From the NCBI GenBank assembly GCA_964359685.1, contig CAYHUW010000001.1, positions 1-33,996 of the forward strand: a stretch of 33,996 bases of DNA. The letters run 5' to 3'. The position numbers and the translations under genes were made by a program. The notes beneath the pieces were generated by a model. It was not told where the DNA came from and searched no databases. It saw nothing but the letters and a program-made list of their open reading frames with translations. Origin of the DNA: an uncultured Candidatus Saccharibacteria bacterium (GTDB taxonomy: Bacteria; Patescibacteriota; Minisyncoccia; Phycocordibacterales; Phycocordibacteraceae). Below, piece by piece: positions 8,040 to 18,262 of this stretch; position 1 is the first letter of the stretch, and the number at the start of each line of letters is the position of its first letter.

Positions 8040-9864
8040 CGCTTTGGAGCGGCTTTCTAAAAAACTGGACTCCGGCAAGAGCGACGAGACGCTGAAGCGT
8101 TCCGGTTTGTATACTTCATATTCCGGCGCTCCCCAGTCATGGAAGCCGGAACTTGAACCACCCGTTATGAAACGCTCCCCATCTTTTAAACCGACTGAAC
8201 TTTTATTCGGAGGTTCGGTGATTTTCTTTATTCTTGCCGCCGCGGTGTCGGCGCTTCTGTTCTTCGGCGGTAATAACACGGTCTCAACAAAAAATGTGGT
8301 CGTGCAGATCAGCGGTCCGGCGCAAGTCGGGGCGGGGTCCACGCTTTCTCTGCAGGTTGTGGTCACCAATAAAAATGCGGTGCCGATGGAACTGACCGAT
8401 CTCATTGTGGAGTTTCCCGAAGGCACGCGGTCGGACTTTGATATTTCCGTGGAATTGCCTCGTATCCGGGAGTCGCTGGGGACGATTCAGCCGGGAGAGA
8501 GCGTCAACAGAACCGTGCGCGCGGTACTGTTCGGGCTTGCCGGTACCGACGCGTCCATCAAAGCGTCGGCGGAGTACCGCATCCCTTCGTCAAACGCGGT
8601 TTTTGTGTCCGAATCGCTCTACAGCGTGAACCTGAACGAATCCCCCGCATCAATCTCCGTTGAGACTCTTAAAGAAACGGTTTCGGGGCAGGAAATTACG
8701 TTTGCGGTCGTCGTGCGCTCAAACGCGCCCGACGTGCTGTCGGACATGATGCTGATTGCAAATTACCCTCCGGGCTTTAACTTTGTGTCGTCGGTACCCA
8801 AGGCAGCCGCCGGCACAGGGGCGTGGGATCTGGGAGATATAGAACCGGGCGGAACGCGGACGGTAAGTATCAACGGCACGCTTTCGGGCGAAGACGGAGA
8901 AAGCCGCGTGGTGCGTTTTGTCGCCGGGAACAAAAAACAGGGCGAGATAGACCAGATTTCCGCACCGCTTGCGACGTCGGATGTTTCGCTGACGCTGCGC
9001 AAACCGTTTATGTCCGTTGAAATCCTTCTCAAAGGCGAGCACGCCGCAACCCATGCTGTCTTCCGCGGGGAAAAAGTGAACGGCACCGTTCGTTGGATCA
9101 ACAACCTGCCGAACAGAGTTCAGAATGTCTCCATTTCACTGAGGTTAAACGGGCAGGCTGTTGATCTTTTTTCCGTAGAGTCGCAGAACGGATTTTATAA
9201 TTCAAATACTTCATCAATAGTCTGGGATAAATCCAGTAACGGTGAATATGCCGACATAGGGCCGGGCGAGTTCGGCTCGGAGTCGTTTAGTTTCAGCATA
9301 CTTCCGCAGAATAAAGGTGTGTTTAAGAATGCCGAAATAACGCTGACCGCGGGGGTGTCGGCGAATCGGCTGACGGAGACGAATGTGCCCGAGGCGGTCC
9401 AATCGTCGGACACCACGAAAGCCCTGGTGCTCACGAACGTTGTTTTGAACGCTATTGCCGCGCATTCGGGCGGGGCGCTGCCTTTAAAAGCCGGTTTTGA
9501 ATCGCGTTACCTGATTACCTGGAACATTATGAATGCGGGGAACGCCGTAGCGAACGCTTCCGTCTCGGGGGTGCTTCCTCCGTACGTAACGTACGTGGGA
9601 CCCGCGGGAGGAGAGCCTATGTCATACGCCCCGGCAGAAAGAACGGTCACGTGGACCGCGGGGGATATTACCGACGGGCAGTCAAAAACCGTTTCGTTTA
9701 TCGTCAGCATTCTCCCCTCCGTTTCGCAGGTCGGGTCTGAGCCTGATTTGATAACAAATCAGCGTCTGACGGGCATTGACCGTTTCGTCAGAAAAGAGAT
9801 AAACGCGACGGCTCCCACGATACGCACGACCGTTTCATCGGGCGCCGGCACTGTGCTACCGTAG
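8026..9864 (+). CDS. membrane-anchored extracellular repeat protein (DUF11/CARDB-like beta-sandwich repeats), hypothetical
   Basis: 612 aa. It has a cytoplasmic N-terminus, one TM helix (LLFGGSVIFFILAAAVSALLFFG), then a repetitive Ser/Thr/Val/Asn-rich ectodomain. Confidence 0.7.
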   Translation: MGDNSALERLSKKLDSGKSDETLKRSGLYTSYSGAPQSWKPELEPPVMKRSPSFKPTELLFGGSVIFFILAAAVSALLFFGGNNTVSTKNVVVQISGPAQVGAGSTLSLQVVVTNKNAVPMELTDLIVEFPEGTRSDFDISVELPRIRESLGTIQPGESVNRTVRAVLFGLAGTDASIKASAEYRIPSSNAVFVSESLYSVNLNESPASISVETLKETVSGQEITFAVVVRSNAPDVLSDMMLIANYPPGFNFVSSVPKAAAGTGAWDLGDIEPGGTRTVSINGTLSGEDGESRVVRFVAGNKKQGEIDQISAPLATSDVSLTLRKPFMSVEILLKGEHAATHAVFRGEKVNGTVRWINNLPNRVQNVSISLRLNGQAVDLFSVESQNGFYNSNTSSIVWDKSSNGEYADIGPGEFGSESFSFSILPQNKGVFKNAEITLTAGVSANRLTETNVPEAVQSSDTTKALVLTNVVLNAIAAHSGGALPLKAGFESRYLITWNIMNAGNAVANASVSGVLPPYVTYVGPAGGEPMSYAPAERTVTWTAGDITDGQSKTVSFIVSILPSVSQVGSEPDLITNQRLTGIDRFVRKEINATAPTIRTTVSSGAGTVLP

Positions 9865-9870
9865 ATCTTC

Positions 9871-11193
9871 ATGGCAGATACTGAAATGGAAAAAATAGTC
9901 TCTCTTGCGAAGCGCCGCGGGTTTATTTTCCCCGGCTCTGAAATTTACGGAGGACTCGCAGGCACGTGGGACTTCGGTCCGATGGGCGTCGCGCTCAAGA
10001 ACAACATAAAAAATATCTGGTGGAGGATGTTCGTTTCGTCGCGCGACGACATGTACGGCGTTGACGCGGCGATTCTGATGAACCCGAAGGCATGGGAAGC
10101 AAGCGGTCATGTGTCGGGGTTTTCAGATCCGCTGGTTGAATGCGAAAAATGCAAACATCGCTTCAGAGAAGACCAGCTTTCTGACGCGAAAAAGTGCCCC
10201 GACTGCGGCGGCAAACTCGGCGTGGCGCGTCAATTCAACATGATGTTCAAGACGAGCGCAGGCGCGGTTGAGGACGCATCCTCGGTTGTGTATCTTCGTC
10301 CTGAAACCGCGGGAGGCATGTTCGTGAATTTCAAAAACATTATTGACGCATTTCATCCGTCCCTGCCGTTCGGTATGGGGCAGATTGGGAAGGCGTTCAG
10401 GAACGAAATCGCCCCCCGCGATTTCGTATTTCGTTCCCGCGAGTTTGAACAGATGGAGATTGAGTATTTCGTGAAACCGGGCGAGTGGGAAGAATCTTTT
10501 GAATCGTGGAGAGCCGGGATGGAGGAGTTCATCAGGAGTATCGGCGTTGACGCGGCAAAAACCTCCGAGCTTGAAGTTGCGGAGAGTGATCGCGCGCACT
10601 ATTCCAAACGCACGATTGATTTTGAATTTGAGTATCCGTTCGGGAAAAAAGAACTCTGCGGGCTCGCGTATAGAACCGATTTTGACCTCTCCGCCCATGC
10701 GGCGACGAGCACGGTTGACCTGTCGTATTTTGACGAAGAAAAGAAGGAGCGGTTTGTTCCGCATGTTATAGAGCCTTCGTTTGGGCTTGAACGTCTCGTG
10801 CTTGCGGTTCTCACGTCCGCGTACAAAGAGGACGCCATGGGGGGCGAGACGCGCACGTACCTTTCCCTGAAGCCTTCCGTCGCGCCCGTGAAAGCGGCGG
10901 TCTTTCCGCTTCTCAAGAATAAACCCGAATTGGTGGCGAAAGCCCGTGCGGTGTACGACGAGCTGAAAAAAGAAGTACCCGACATTATGTTTGACGACAA
11001 CGGCAACATCGGCAAACGCTATCGCCGGCAGGACGAAATTGGCACGCCGTTTTGTATCACGGTTGATTTTGATACGCTCGGCGAAACACCCGAACACAAA
11101 GACACGGTGACTGTCCGCAATCGCGATACGGGCGAACAGGAACGGCTCTCAATAACGGACGCTATCTATAAGGTACGACAGGCTATCCTCTAA
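9871..11193 (+). CDS. glyQS: glycine--tRNA ligase (alpha2 type)
   Basis: 440 aa. Class II motifs are present (RPETAGGMFVNF, FRNEIAPR, GLERL), along with a C-terminal anticodon-binding domain. Confidence 0.9.
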   Translation: MADTEMEKIVSLAKRRGFIFPGSEIYGGLAGTWDFGPMGVALKNNIKNIWWRMFVSSRDDMYGVDAAILMNPKAWEASGHVSGFSDPLVECEKCKHRFREDQLSDAKKCPDCGGKLGVARQFNMMFKTSAGAVEDASSVVYLRPETAGGMFVNFKNIIDAFHPSLPFGMGQIGKAFRNEIAPRDFVFRSREFEQMEIEYFVKPGEWEESFESWRAGMEEFIRSIGVDAAKTSELEVAESDRAHYSKRTIDFEFEYPFGKKELCGLAYRTDFDLSAHAATSTVDLSYFDEEKKERFVPHVIEPSFGLERLVLAVLTSAYKEDAMGGETRTYLSLKPSVAPVKAAVFPLLKNKPELVAKARAVYDELKKEVPDIMFDDNGNIGKRYRRQDEIGTPFCITVDFDTLGETPEHKDTVTVRNRDTGEQERLSITDAIYKVRQAIL

Positions 11194-11256
11194 GAGCCGG
11201 CCTTCTTGCTGTAGCGTTCGCTCGCTAAACAGTTAAAAAAGCGCTATTCTAAGCCA

Positions 11257-12315
11257 ATGGATAAGGGGCTGTTTTCAATAACCATTACCCCCGGCACGTT
11301 TGTTACCGCGATTGCCATAGGTATCCTGGCGTGGCTTTTGTATTATCTGCGCGACCTGGTGCTGATTGTGCTTGCGGCAATTGTGCTCGCGTCCGCCGTG
11401 GAGCCCGCGGTGCAGTGGTTCATGGAAAAGAAATTCGGACGCGGATGGGCGGTCGGCGCGGTGTACTCGGGTATTTTTGCGGTGTTTTTTGTTGTTACAT
11501 ATCTCTTAGCGCCGCCGTTCATGCAGGAAGCGCGCGGGTTCATCGTCAACCTTCCTCAGTTTGCCAATTCATTTGACGTCAGGAGTTACATTCCCGACAC
11601 GGGGACTGCGGCCGATTCCGTGGTGTCGCAGTCCGCGGTAGCCACACTTCTGATTCAAATGCAGGATTTGATTATCCCGACGGGCGAAGGCGCGTTCGGC
11701 GCTTTGGCGGGGGTACTGGGCGGCGTTTTCTCATTCCTCCTCATCATCATTCTTTCTATTTATTTTGCGGCGCAGGAAACCGGTGTTGATGATTTTATCC
11801 GGCTCGTTGTTCCGGTAGAGCACCAACAGTATGCGGTGGATTTGTGGAAACGTTCGCACCACAAAATCGGGCTCTGGATGCAGGGGCAGCTGATTCTGTC
11901 TCTGATTATCGGCGTTTTGGGATATTTATGGCTCACTATATTCCAGGTACCGTACGCGTTTTTGATAGCGATGTTTGCCGCGATTATTGAAATCGTGCCC
12001 GTGTTCGGCTCCGTCATTTCCGGCATCGTGGCGGTCGTCATTGCCGCCTCCGCGGGCGGCCCGCAGCTCGCGCTCATTATCGCGGGCGGATTTCTGGTCA
12101 TCAACCTCCTTCAGTCAAATCTCATTTATCCGCTGGTGGTGAAGCGCGTCGTCGGCGTCCCGCCGATTATGGTTATTCTCGCGATGATTGCCTGCGGGCA
12201 GATTGCGGGATTTTTGGGCGTTATCTTGTCCGTGCCGATTGCGGCCGCTATTCAGGAGTTTGTTTCCGATATTGAGAAAGCGAAGGCGCGTGAACTGAAG
12301 GCACTGCAAAAGTAA
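11257..12315 (+). CDS. AI-2E family transporter (PerM/UPF0118)
   Basis: 352 aa, polytopic membrane protein with the family-typical IVPVFGSVISG region. The -10-like TATTCT at 11245-11250 lies 6 nt upstream of the ATG. Confidence 0.75.
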   Translation: MDKGLFSITITPGTFVTAIAIGILAWLLYYLRDLVLIVLAAIVLASAVEPAVQWFMEKKFGRGWAVGAVYSGIFAVFFVVTYLLAPPFMQEARGFIVNLPQFANSFDVRSYIPDTGTAADSVVSQSAVATLLIQMQDLIIPTGEGAFGALAGVLGGVFSFLLIIILSIYFAAQETGVDDFIRLVVPVEHQQYAVDLWKRSHHKIGLWMQGQLILSLIIGVLGYLWLTIFQVPYAFLIAMFAAIIEIVPVFGSVISGIVAVVIAASAGGPQLALIIAGGFLVINLLQSNLIYPLVVKRVVGVPPIMVILAMIACGQIAGFLGVILSVPIAAAIQEFVSDIEKAKARELKALQK

Positions 12316-13760
12316 TGGGGAAACCGTTGTACCTCACCACGACCTTGCCGTACGTAAATTCCGACCCGCACATCGGGCACGCGCTTGAATTGGTGCAGGC
12401 GGATACCTATGTGCGTTTTCGGAAATCGCAGGGCAGTGAAGTATTTTTTAATACAGGAACCGATGAGCACGGTCAGAAAATATTTGAAGCCGCACAGAAA
12501 GCGGGGGAGCCGATACAGGAGTACGTTGATCATTACGCGAATGAGTTTAAAAAATTGAACGGAGCGCTCGGCCTCTCGGATGATTTGGTTTTTATCCGAA
12601 CAACAGACAAGCATCACGTAGAGGCTGCGCAAGAAATGTGGAAACGGTGTGACGCGAAAGGAGATATCTATAAAAAAGAGTTTGAGGGACTGTATTGCGT
12701 GGGGTGCGAAAAATATCTGACGCAGAAAGAAATCGTAGACGGCAAGTGCGCGATTCACGGCGTTCCGCCGAAACTTCTGAAAGAGGAGAATTATTTTTTC
12801 AAGCTCTCAAATTACCAGAAAGCACTGGAGGATTACTTGAGCAAAGAGGGGGTAGTGATTCCCGAATGGAGGCGTCAGGAAGCCCTGAATTTCGTCCGCG
12901 AAGGTCTTGAGGATTTCAGCATTTCGCGCGAGAAAAGCCGCCTTGCCTGGGGCGTTCCCGTACCCGGGGACGAGAATCAGGTGATGTACGTGTGGTTTGA
13001 CGCTTTAACAAACTACATCTCAACCCTGGGCTGGCCGGAAGACACGGAAGGAAACTTCAGGAAATTTTGGGAAGAGGGAGAAACGCTTCAGTTTGCGGGC
13101 AAAGACCAGGTGCGCTTTCAGTCAATTATGTGGCAGGCGATGCTGATGTCTGCGGACATAAAAAATACCGACCGCGTGTTTTACCACGGCTTCATAAACT
13201 CCGACGGGCAGAAGATGAGTAAGTCATTAGGGAACGTCATCAGTCCGTACGATTTGGTAAAAAAATACGGCACTGACGCCACGCGCTACTTGCTTCTGCG
13301 CCACGTACACCCGACGGAGGATTCCGACGTCACGTGGGCACGGCTTGATGAGTGGTATACGGCAAACCTGGTAAACGGACTCGGAAACTTGGTTGCGCGA
13401 GTAATGCAGATGGCAACAACAAATCTTTCGAGCCCTGTAGAACTAACCGGAGAAACTACTTCTGATGTTTCAGTTGCGGAACACACTAGACATTTCGAAT
13501 ATGGGCGTGCGATGGATACCATTTGGGAACGTATTGGGCATGACGACGCGCTCATAGCTCTTAAGAAGCCTTTTTTAGGAGTTAAGTCGGACGACGTCGC
13601 TCAGCGCGAGGAGGCAGTAGTAATCATAAAAAAGTTGGTTAGAGAATTACATGCTATTGCAACAGACCTTGAGCCCTTACTCCCGGCGGTTAGCATACGA
13701 ATAAAAGAAGCGGTGCGCTCAAACAAAAAACCGGAGAATCTTTTCCCCCGCTTAGGGTAG
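12315..13760 (+). CDS. metG: methionine--tRNA ligase (short form)
   Basis: 481 aa. Contains PYVNSDPHIGHALE (HIGH), KMSKSLGN and the zinc knuckle CVGCEKY...CAIHG. Its ATG overlaps the upstream TAA (TAATG). Confidence 0.93.
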   Translation: MGKPLYLTTTLPYVNSDPHIGHALELVQADTYVRFRKSQGSEVFFNTGTDEHGQKIFEAAQKAGEPIQEYVDHYANEFKKLNGALGLSDDLVFIRTTDKHHVEAAQEMWKRCDAKGDIYKKEFEGLYCVGCEKYLTQKEIVDGKCAIHGVPPKLLKEENYFFKLSNYQKALEDYLSKEGVVIPEWRRQEALNFVREGLEDFSISREKSRLAWGVPVPGDENQVMYVWFDALTNYISTLGWPEDTEGNFRKFWEEGETLQFAGKDQVRFQSIMWQAMLMSADIKNTDRVFYHGFINSDGQKMSKSLGNVISPYDLVKKYGTDATRYLLLRHVHPTEDSDVTWARLDEWYTANLVNGLGNLVARVMQMATTNLSSPVELTGETTSDVSVAEHTRHFEYGRAMDTIWERIGHDDALIALKKPFLGVKSDDVAQREEAVVIIKKLVRELHAIATDLEPLLPAVSIRIKEAVRSNKKPENLFPRLG

Positions 13761-13772
13761 ACTAAGACAAAT

Positions 13773-14462
13773 ATGAAAACTGCAGGCATTATCGGAGGGT
13801 TGGGACCTGAGACAACGTCAGAGTTTTATCTTGATGTTGTGTTTTCGTGCCAGAAGAAGAACGCTACGGCGCGAGCACCTATTGTTATCTCCAGTGTTCC
13901 CATGCCGTTTCAAATAGAAGCCGACGCCATTGAAAAAAATGAAGGAATCGAGAGAATTGCACCTTTTTTAGTCACGGAAGCAAAACGACTCGAAAAAGCA
14001 GGTGTTGATTTCATCGTCATGCCTTGCAATTCGCTTCACGTCTTTATGAGTGATATCCGCGCATCGGTCGCTATTCCTGTACTCAGTATTGTTGAGGAAA
14101 CACTCACTTTCTTGCAGTCGAATGGTTACAGGCGAATCGGCATTGTATCAACGTCGGCAACTATCAAAAACAAACTGTATGAAGATGCATTCAAAGCGAA
14201 TGGCATTTCCTATGAAAGCCCCGATCCGCTTCAACAAGAACGGATGAACCGGATGATCCATAACCTAGTCCTCGGGCAATTAAACAACAAAGATCGTGAA
14301 GAACTCGTCGGGATTATCAATAGTTTTGAGAACAGGAATGTTGATTGCGTGGCGCTTGCGTGCACGGATTTGCAGTTATTGATTCCCAAACACCCCACAC
14401 TGAAGATTTTTGACACTATGAAAATCTTAGCCGACGCGACGGTTCGGGAGATTTTGTCATGA
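13773..14462 (+). CDS. aspartate/glutamate racemase family protein
   Basis: 229 aa. Contains GIIGGLGPETT, the catalytic Cys contexts MPCNSLH and LACTDL. Confidence 0.8.
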   Translation: MKTAGIIGGLGPETTSEFYLDVVFSCQKKNATARAPIVISSVPMPFQIEADAIEKNEGIERIAPFLVTEAKRLEKAGVDFIVMPCNSLHVFMSDIRASVAIPVLSIVEETLTFLQSNGYRRIGIVSTSATIKNKLYEDAFKANGISYESPDPLQQERMNRMIHNLVLGQLNNKDREELVGIINSFENRNVDCVALACTDLQLLIPKHPTLKIFDTMKILADATVREILS

Positions 14463-15268
14463 CACCTCAGTATTTTGACGTCCATTCGCACGTAACGTTT
14501 AAGGATTACGATCAGGATCTTGAAGAGGTCCTCGCGCGGATGCGCGAGGAGGGAGTGGCAACGATTACCGTCGGCGTAGATAAAAAAACTTCCGAGGAAG
14601 CGGTGCGTTTTGCCGAAGCGAATGAGAACTTTTATGCGATTATCGGTCTTCACCCGACTGATACGACGACAGAAACGTTTGCGGCGTCCGAATGGAAACT
14701 GTTGGCGGAGAATCCGAAAGTCGTCGGAGTAGGGGAGTGCGGACTGGATTTTTTCCGCGCGCAGGGCGACATCATTGAAGAGAAAAAACGTCAGTGGCGC
14801 GAGTTTGAAAAACAGATGGAATTCGCGATTTCAAACGATCTGCCGCTCATGATTCACTGTCGCCCTTCAAAAGGTTCAATGGACGCGTACCTTGAACTGC
14901 TCGTGCGCCTTGAGTCCGAAGCGAAACGGGTAGGAGGGAAACTGCGGGGCAATGTACACTTTTTCGTCGGCGACGTCGGTATCGCGCGACGCTTTTACGA
15001 CATAGGGTTTACCACTTCGTTTACCGGCGTTCTGACCTTTGCCCGCGAATACGACGATGTGGTTCGTTTTGCTCCTCTGGATATGCTGTTAACCGAAACC
15101 GACTCGCCGTTCGTCGCCCCGGTTCCCTTTCGGGGGAAGAGAAACGAGCCGTTATACGTAAAGTACGTCGTCGGGGCTATAGCCAAAATTCGCGGGACGG
15201 AAGAGGAGATAGTGCGAAGGGCGGTTGTGGCGAATGCCGGAAGGGTGTTTCCGGGCCGATTCTCCTAA
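14459..15268 (+). CDS. tatD: TatD family metal-dependent hydrolase/DNase
   Basis: 269 aa. Contains FDVHSHV, GECGLDF, MIHCR and ETDSPF motifs. It has an ATGA overlap with the racemase gene. Confidence 0.85.
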   Translation: MTPQYFDVHSHVTFKDYDQDLEEVLARMREEGVATITVGVDKKTSEEAVRFAEANENFYAIIGLHPTDTTTETFAASEWKLLAENPKVVGVGECGLDFFRAQGDIIEEKKRQWREFEKQMEFAISNDLPLMIHCRPSKGSMDAYLELLVRLESEAKRVGGKLRGNVHFFVGDVGIARRFYDIGFTTSFTGVLTFAREYDDVVRFAPLDMLLTETDSPFVAPVPFRGKRNEPLYVKYVVGAIAKIRGTEEEIVRRAVVANAGRVFPGRFS

Positions 15269-15328
15269 AACGCCAGAAATAGAGCCAGGAATTGCAACAA
15301 AAACCGCCTTGTGGTACGCTCTTCCGAC

Positions 15329-15871
15329 ATGGATACAAAAGTCGTTGATACTGAACTGGAGGAAGTCGGCTCCGTTGATACAGGCGGAGACGAGGAAGCA
15401 GTTTCGTCCGTATACGAAATCGGTTACCACCTGCTTCCGACCCTGTCGGAAGAGGAAGTACCTCAGATTGTTTCTAAACTGATGGATGCCCTGAAGGCTG
15501 AAGGCGCTGTTTTTGTAGGGGAGCGTTTTCCTTCGCAGATTGAGCTCGCCTACCCGATAGCAAAACGCACGAATTCAAAGAAAACGAATTATGACTCCGC
15601 ATACTTCGGCTGGGTGGCGTTTGAGGTTGCGCGCGAGGCGGTTCTCCGCATAAAGCCGCTTTTGGATTCAAATCCGAATATTCTCCGCTACCTCATTGTT
15701 GTTACCGACAGAAACGCGGTTCTGGCGGCGATGAGCGGCGCGGTGTCGGCTCCGACCGGTTCTATTGAAAAACCGAAGCGCGCGGCAGAGGAAGGCGGCG
15801 AGGTGTCCGAAGCGGCACTGGATCAGGCACTTGAAACGATGGCAACTGAAGACGCGAAAGCGACCGACTAA
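15329..15871 (+). CDS. rpsF: 30S ribosomal protein S6 with acidic extensions
   Basis: YEIGYHLLPTLSEEE core, and the conserved rpsF-ssb-rpsR gene order. The start could be ATG 15329 or GTG 15311. Confidence 0.7.
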   Translation: MDTKVVDTELEEVGSVDTGGDEEAVSSVYEIGYHLLPTLSEEEVPQIVSKLMDALKAEGAVFVGERFPSQIELAYPIAKRTNSKKTNYDSAYFGWVAFEVAREAVLRIKPLLDSNPNILRYLIVVTDRNAVLAAMSGAVSAPTGSIEKPKRAAEEGGEVSEAALDQALETMATEDAKATD

Positions 15872-15876
15872 TTACG

Positions 15877-16332
15877 ATGTATCTCAACAAAGTACTCCTC
15901 TACGGCAATCTAACCCGCGACCCCGAGCTTCGCGCGTTGCCGTCCGGTCAGCAGGTGGCTTCTTTTGCTATCGCGACGAACCGTTCCTATAAGAACAAAG
16001 ACGGACAGAAACAGGATTCGGTGGAGTACCACAACGTTGTCGCCTTCGGACGCCAGGCGGAAGTCATCGGGCAGTATCTGAAAAAAGGCCGTCCCGTATA
16101 CATTGAAGGACGCATTCAAACGCGCTCATGGGAGGACAAAACCAGCGGAGAGAAAAAGTACCGCACGGAAATCGTTATTGAAAACTTCCAGTTCGGACCT
16201 TCAGCCATGGGCGGCGCGGGGAGCGCCAACCGTGACGAGAGTTCGGCTCCCGCGCAAGGCAAGGGGAGTGACAAATCGGGGGACATAGAGTATCCTGCCG
16301 AAGAAATAAGCCCCGACGATATTCCGTTTTAG
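15877..16332 (+). CDS. ssb: single-stranded DNA-binding protein
   Basis: 151 aa. It has an OB fold (NKVLLYGNLTRDPELR), a Gly/Ser-rich linker and the acidic tail DDIPF. Confidence 0.9.
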   Translation: MYLNKVLLYGNLTRDPELRALPSGQQVASFAIATNRSYKNKDGQKQDSVEYHNVVAFGRQAEVIGQYLKKGRPVYIEGRIQTRSWEDKTSGEKKYRTEIVIENFQFGPSAMGGAGSANRDESSAPAQGKGSDKSGDIEYPAEEISPDDIPF

Positions 16333-16347
16333 TAAACAAAAAACAGT

Positions 16348-16548
16348 ATGGCAGACAATTCATCATCACCGACCTTGCCCGTATACGTGGACTATAAAAA
16401 CGTCCAGTATCTGAAAGGCTTTTTGAATGCTCACGCCCGCATGGTGGGTGCCCGCAAATCGGACGTGCCCGCGGGTCATCAGAGAAAAATTGAAAACGCG
16501 GTAAAGCGCGCGCGCTTCATGGCGCTTCTCCCGTACATCGCCCGCTAG
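16348..16548 (+). CDS. rpsR: 30S ribosomal protein S18
   Basis: 66 aa. Contains [14 protein letters not shown] and ARFMALLPY, and sits after ssb. Confidence 0.85.
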   Translation: MADNSSSPTLPVYVDYKNVQYLKGFLNAHARMVGARKSDVPAGHQRKIENAVKRARFMALLPYIAR

Positions 16549-16552
16549 TCGT

Positions 16553-16831
16553 ATGCTTTCAGAGGGTCTTAAAAAGGCACTTCGTTTTGAAGATTTGAAT
16601 CTACGTCTCGCAGCTCTGCAAGGGCGTACGGGGAGACAGCTTACCTCAAAAGAGGTAGACCGATTTATGGTGGTTATGGATGCAGCCTACACAGGCCTCT
16701 CTCTTGATGAGCGGGACGCAGCAAATAGATACGGCAAGCATAAGTGGAGAAGAATGGGAGGGAAGGTAAATGCAGCAGAAGAGCGGGTACTGCCGCACCT
16801 CAAACGTCAGGAACAGGCTAGGCATCAATAA
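16553..16831 (+). CDS. hypothetical protein
   Basis: 92-aa ORF directly after rpsR, followed by a terminator. No recognisable motifs. Confidence 0.45.
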   Translation: MLSEGLKKALRFEDLNLRLAALQGRTGRQLTSKEVDRFMVVMDAAYTGLSLDERDAANRYGKHKWRRMGGKVNAAEERVLPHLKRQEQARHQ

Positions 16832-16856
16832 AAAATCGCCCCAATGGGGCGTTTTA
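16832..16856 (+). terminator. rho-independent terminator
   Basis: CGCCCC, AAT loop, GGGGCG, then TTTT. Confidence 0.7.
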
Positions 16857-16973
16857 GTTCTTAGGACTTCGTTAGTCACGGATATTTTGCTCGTCGTCAC
16901 TCGCAAAATTCCGCCGACCCCGCCTCAGCCGTTTTGCGTGCTCGCAAAACATGCCTCCGGCCGGTTCGTATAG

Positions 16974-16997
16974 TCATAAAAGCGCAGCAGTGTGCTT
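16974..16997 (-). terminator. terminator of efp
   Basis: On the minus strand: AAAGCACA CTGC TGCGCTTT, immediately after the efp stop codon. Confidence 0.5.
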
Positions 16998-17573
16998 TTA
17001 CTGCTTACTCACCCTCTCTACGTATTCACCGGTATCAGTGTTGATGCGGAGGATGTCGCCCTCGTTAATGAACATCGGTACGTTCAGTGTCGCCCCTGTT
17101 TCCAAAGTTACGATTTTTGTGCCGCCCTGTGCGGTGTTCCCTTTGACCGCGGGCGGGGCGTCGGTTACTTTCAAGTCCATTTTTATCGGAAGCTTGATAG
17201 AAATCACTTCGCCCTCGTAGCGCATTGCTTCCACGTCGGAATTTTCCTTTAGGAACTTCGCTCCTTCTCCCAACACCACCTCTTCAAGCTTAAAGCGGTT
17301 TCTGGGGTTTCCTTTCTCGGAGAACCAGTACTCCCCGCGATTGTGGTAGAGGTAGGTGATGTCTTCGTACTCCAGGTCCGCTTCTTTTACCGTCTCGTTC
17401 TGGTGGAATGAATACTCGGTTACTTTCCCTGACTTCAGGTTTCTCAGTTTCGTCTGATTCACGGGCTTTCTCTGTTGCATGCGGAACACATGCGAGGAAA
17501 GAACCTCAAACGGCTGTCCGTCCATGGTAATAACCTTCTTCTGGACTATTTCGTTATAAGAAAGGACTGACAT
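16998..17573 (-). CDS. efp: elongation factor P
   Basis: 191 aa. Contains VFRMQQRKPVNQTKLRNLKSGK and GDILRINTDTGEYVERV. It is one of the few genes here with an SD-like GAGAGG upstream. Confidence 0.92.
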   Translation of the reverse strand: MSVLSYNEIVQKKVITMDGQPFEVLSSHVFRMQQRKPVNQTKLRNLKSGKVTEYSFHQNETVKEADLEYEDITYLYHNRGEYWFSEKGNPRNRFKLEEVVLGEGAKFLKENSDVEAMRYEGEVISIKLPIKMDLKVTDAPPAVKGNTAQGGTKIVTLETGATLNVPMFINEGDILRINTDTGEYVERVSKQ

Positions 17574-17638
17574 AGTGTGAAACCTCTCGGTATGTAACTA
17601 AGTAAGATAAAAAGCGCACTCGCGCTGACCCCAAGTAT

Positions 17639-18262
17639 ATGTCATTCCCTACCATTGCTCAAACCCCGTCTACGCGCTTTAGTATAGGAGTGCAGGACGA
17701 TTTTCGTACTCTTTCCGATGAGGCGCTTTTGGAAGTATCGGTCAAGAAACCGAGTGCTTTTGAGGCGATTGTAGCGCGCTATCAGTCGCAGTTCCTCTCC
17801 CGTGCTCAGGCGGTCTTGCGGGACCGCGACCGAGCCGAGGACGTGGTGCAGGAAACATTTGTCAGGATTTACCGTTTTGCTCCGCGCTTTAACGGTGAGC
17901 AGGGGAACTTCCGTTCCTGGTCACTGACGATTCTCATGAATGTCGCGCGCACACACTATTCAAAAACCGCGCGCGATCGCGGGCATACGGCACCATTGGA
18001 GCCGGAGCACTATGAATCACTCGCGGACAACAGTATCCACGCGAAAGAGGGGAATGAGGCATATGCAAAAGAAGTGATGGAGAAAGCGCTCGCCCGCGCG
18101 CCAAAAGAAACGGCTGACATTTTGAAATTGGCTTTCATAGAAGGACTTCCGCACGCGGAGATTGCCGAAAAGCTCGGCATATCAACGCCGGCGGTCAAAA
18201 CGCGCGTGCATCGCGCAAAGGCGGAACTGCGGACCATTATCAACGAGAACAATATTTTATGA
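17639..18262 (+). CDS. ECF-type RNA polymerase sigma-70 factor
   Basis: 207 aa. Region 2 is present (DRAEDVVQETFVRIYRF), as is the region 4 HTH (LPHAEIAEKLGISTPAVKTRVHRAKAEL). Confidence 0.85.
   Translation: MSFPTIAQTPSTRFSIGVQDDFRTLSDEALLEVSVKKPSAFEAIVARYQSQFLSRAQAVLRDRDRAEDVVQETFVRIYRFAPRFNGEQGNFRSWSLTILMNVARTHYSKTARDRGHTAPLEPEHYESLADNSIHAKEGNEAYAKEVMEKALARAPKETADILKLAFIEGLPHAEIAEKLGISTPAVKTRVHRAKAELRTIINENNIL

Noticed and set aside
10123-11097. Long antisense ORFs inside housekeeping genes: 324 aa opposite glyQS, 230 aa opposite ileS at 5135-5827, 233 aa at 6775-7476, 218 aa opposite argS at 1182-1838 and 200 aa at 28903-29505.
   Set aside because: They are low-complexity, Arg/Ser/Pro-rich translations typical of the antisense strand of GC-rich codons. 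They fully overlap strongly supported genes and have no motifs.
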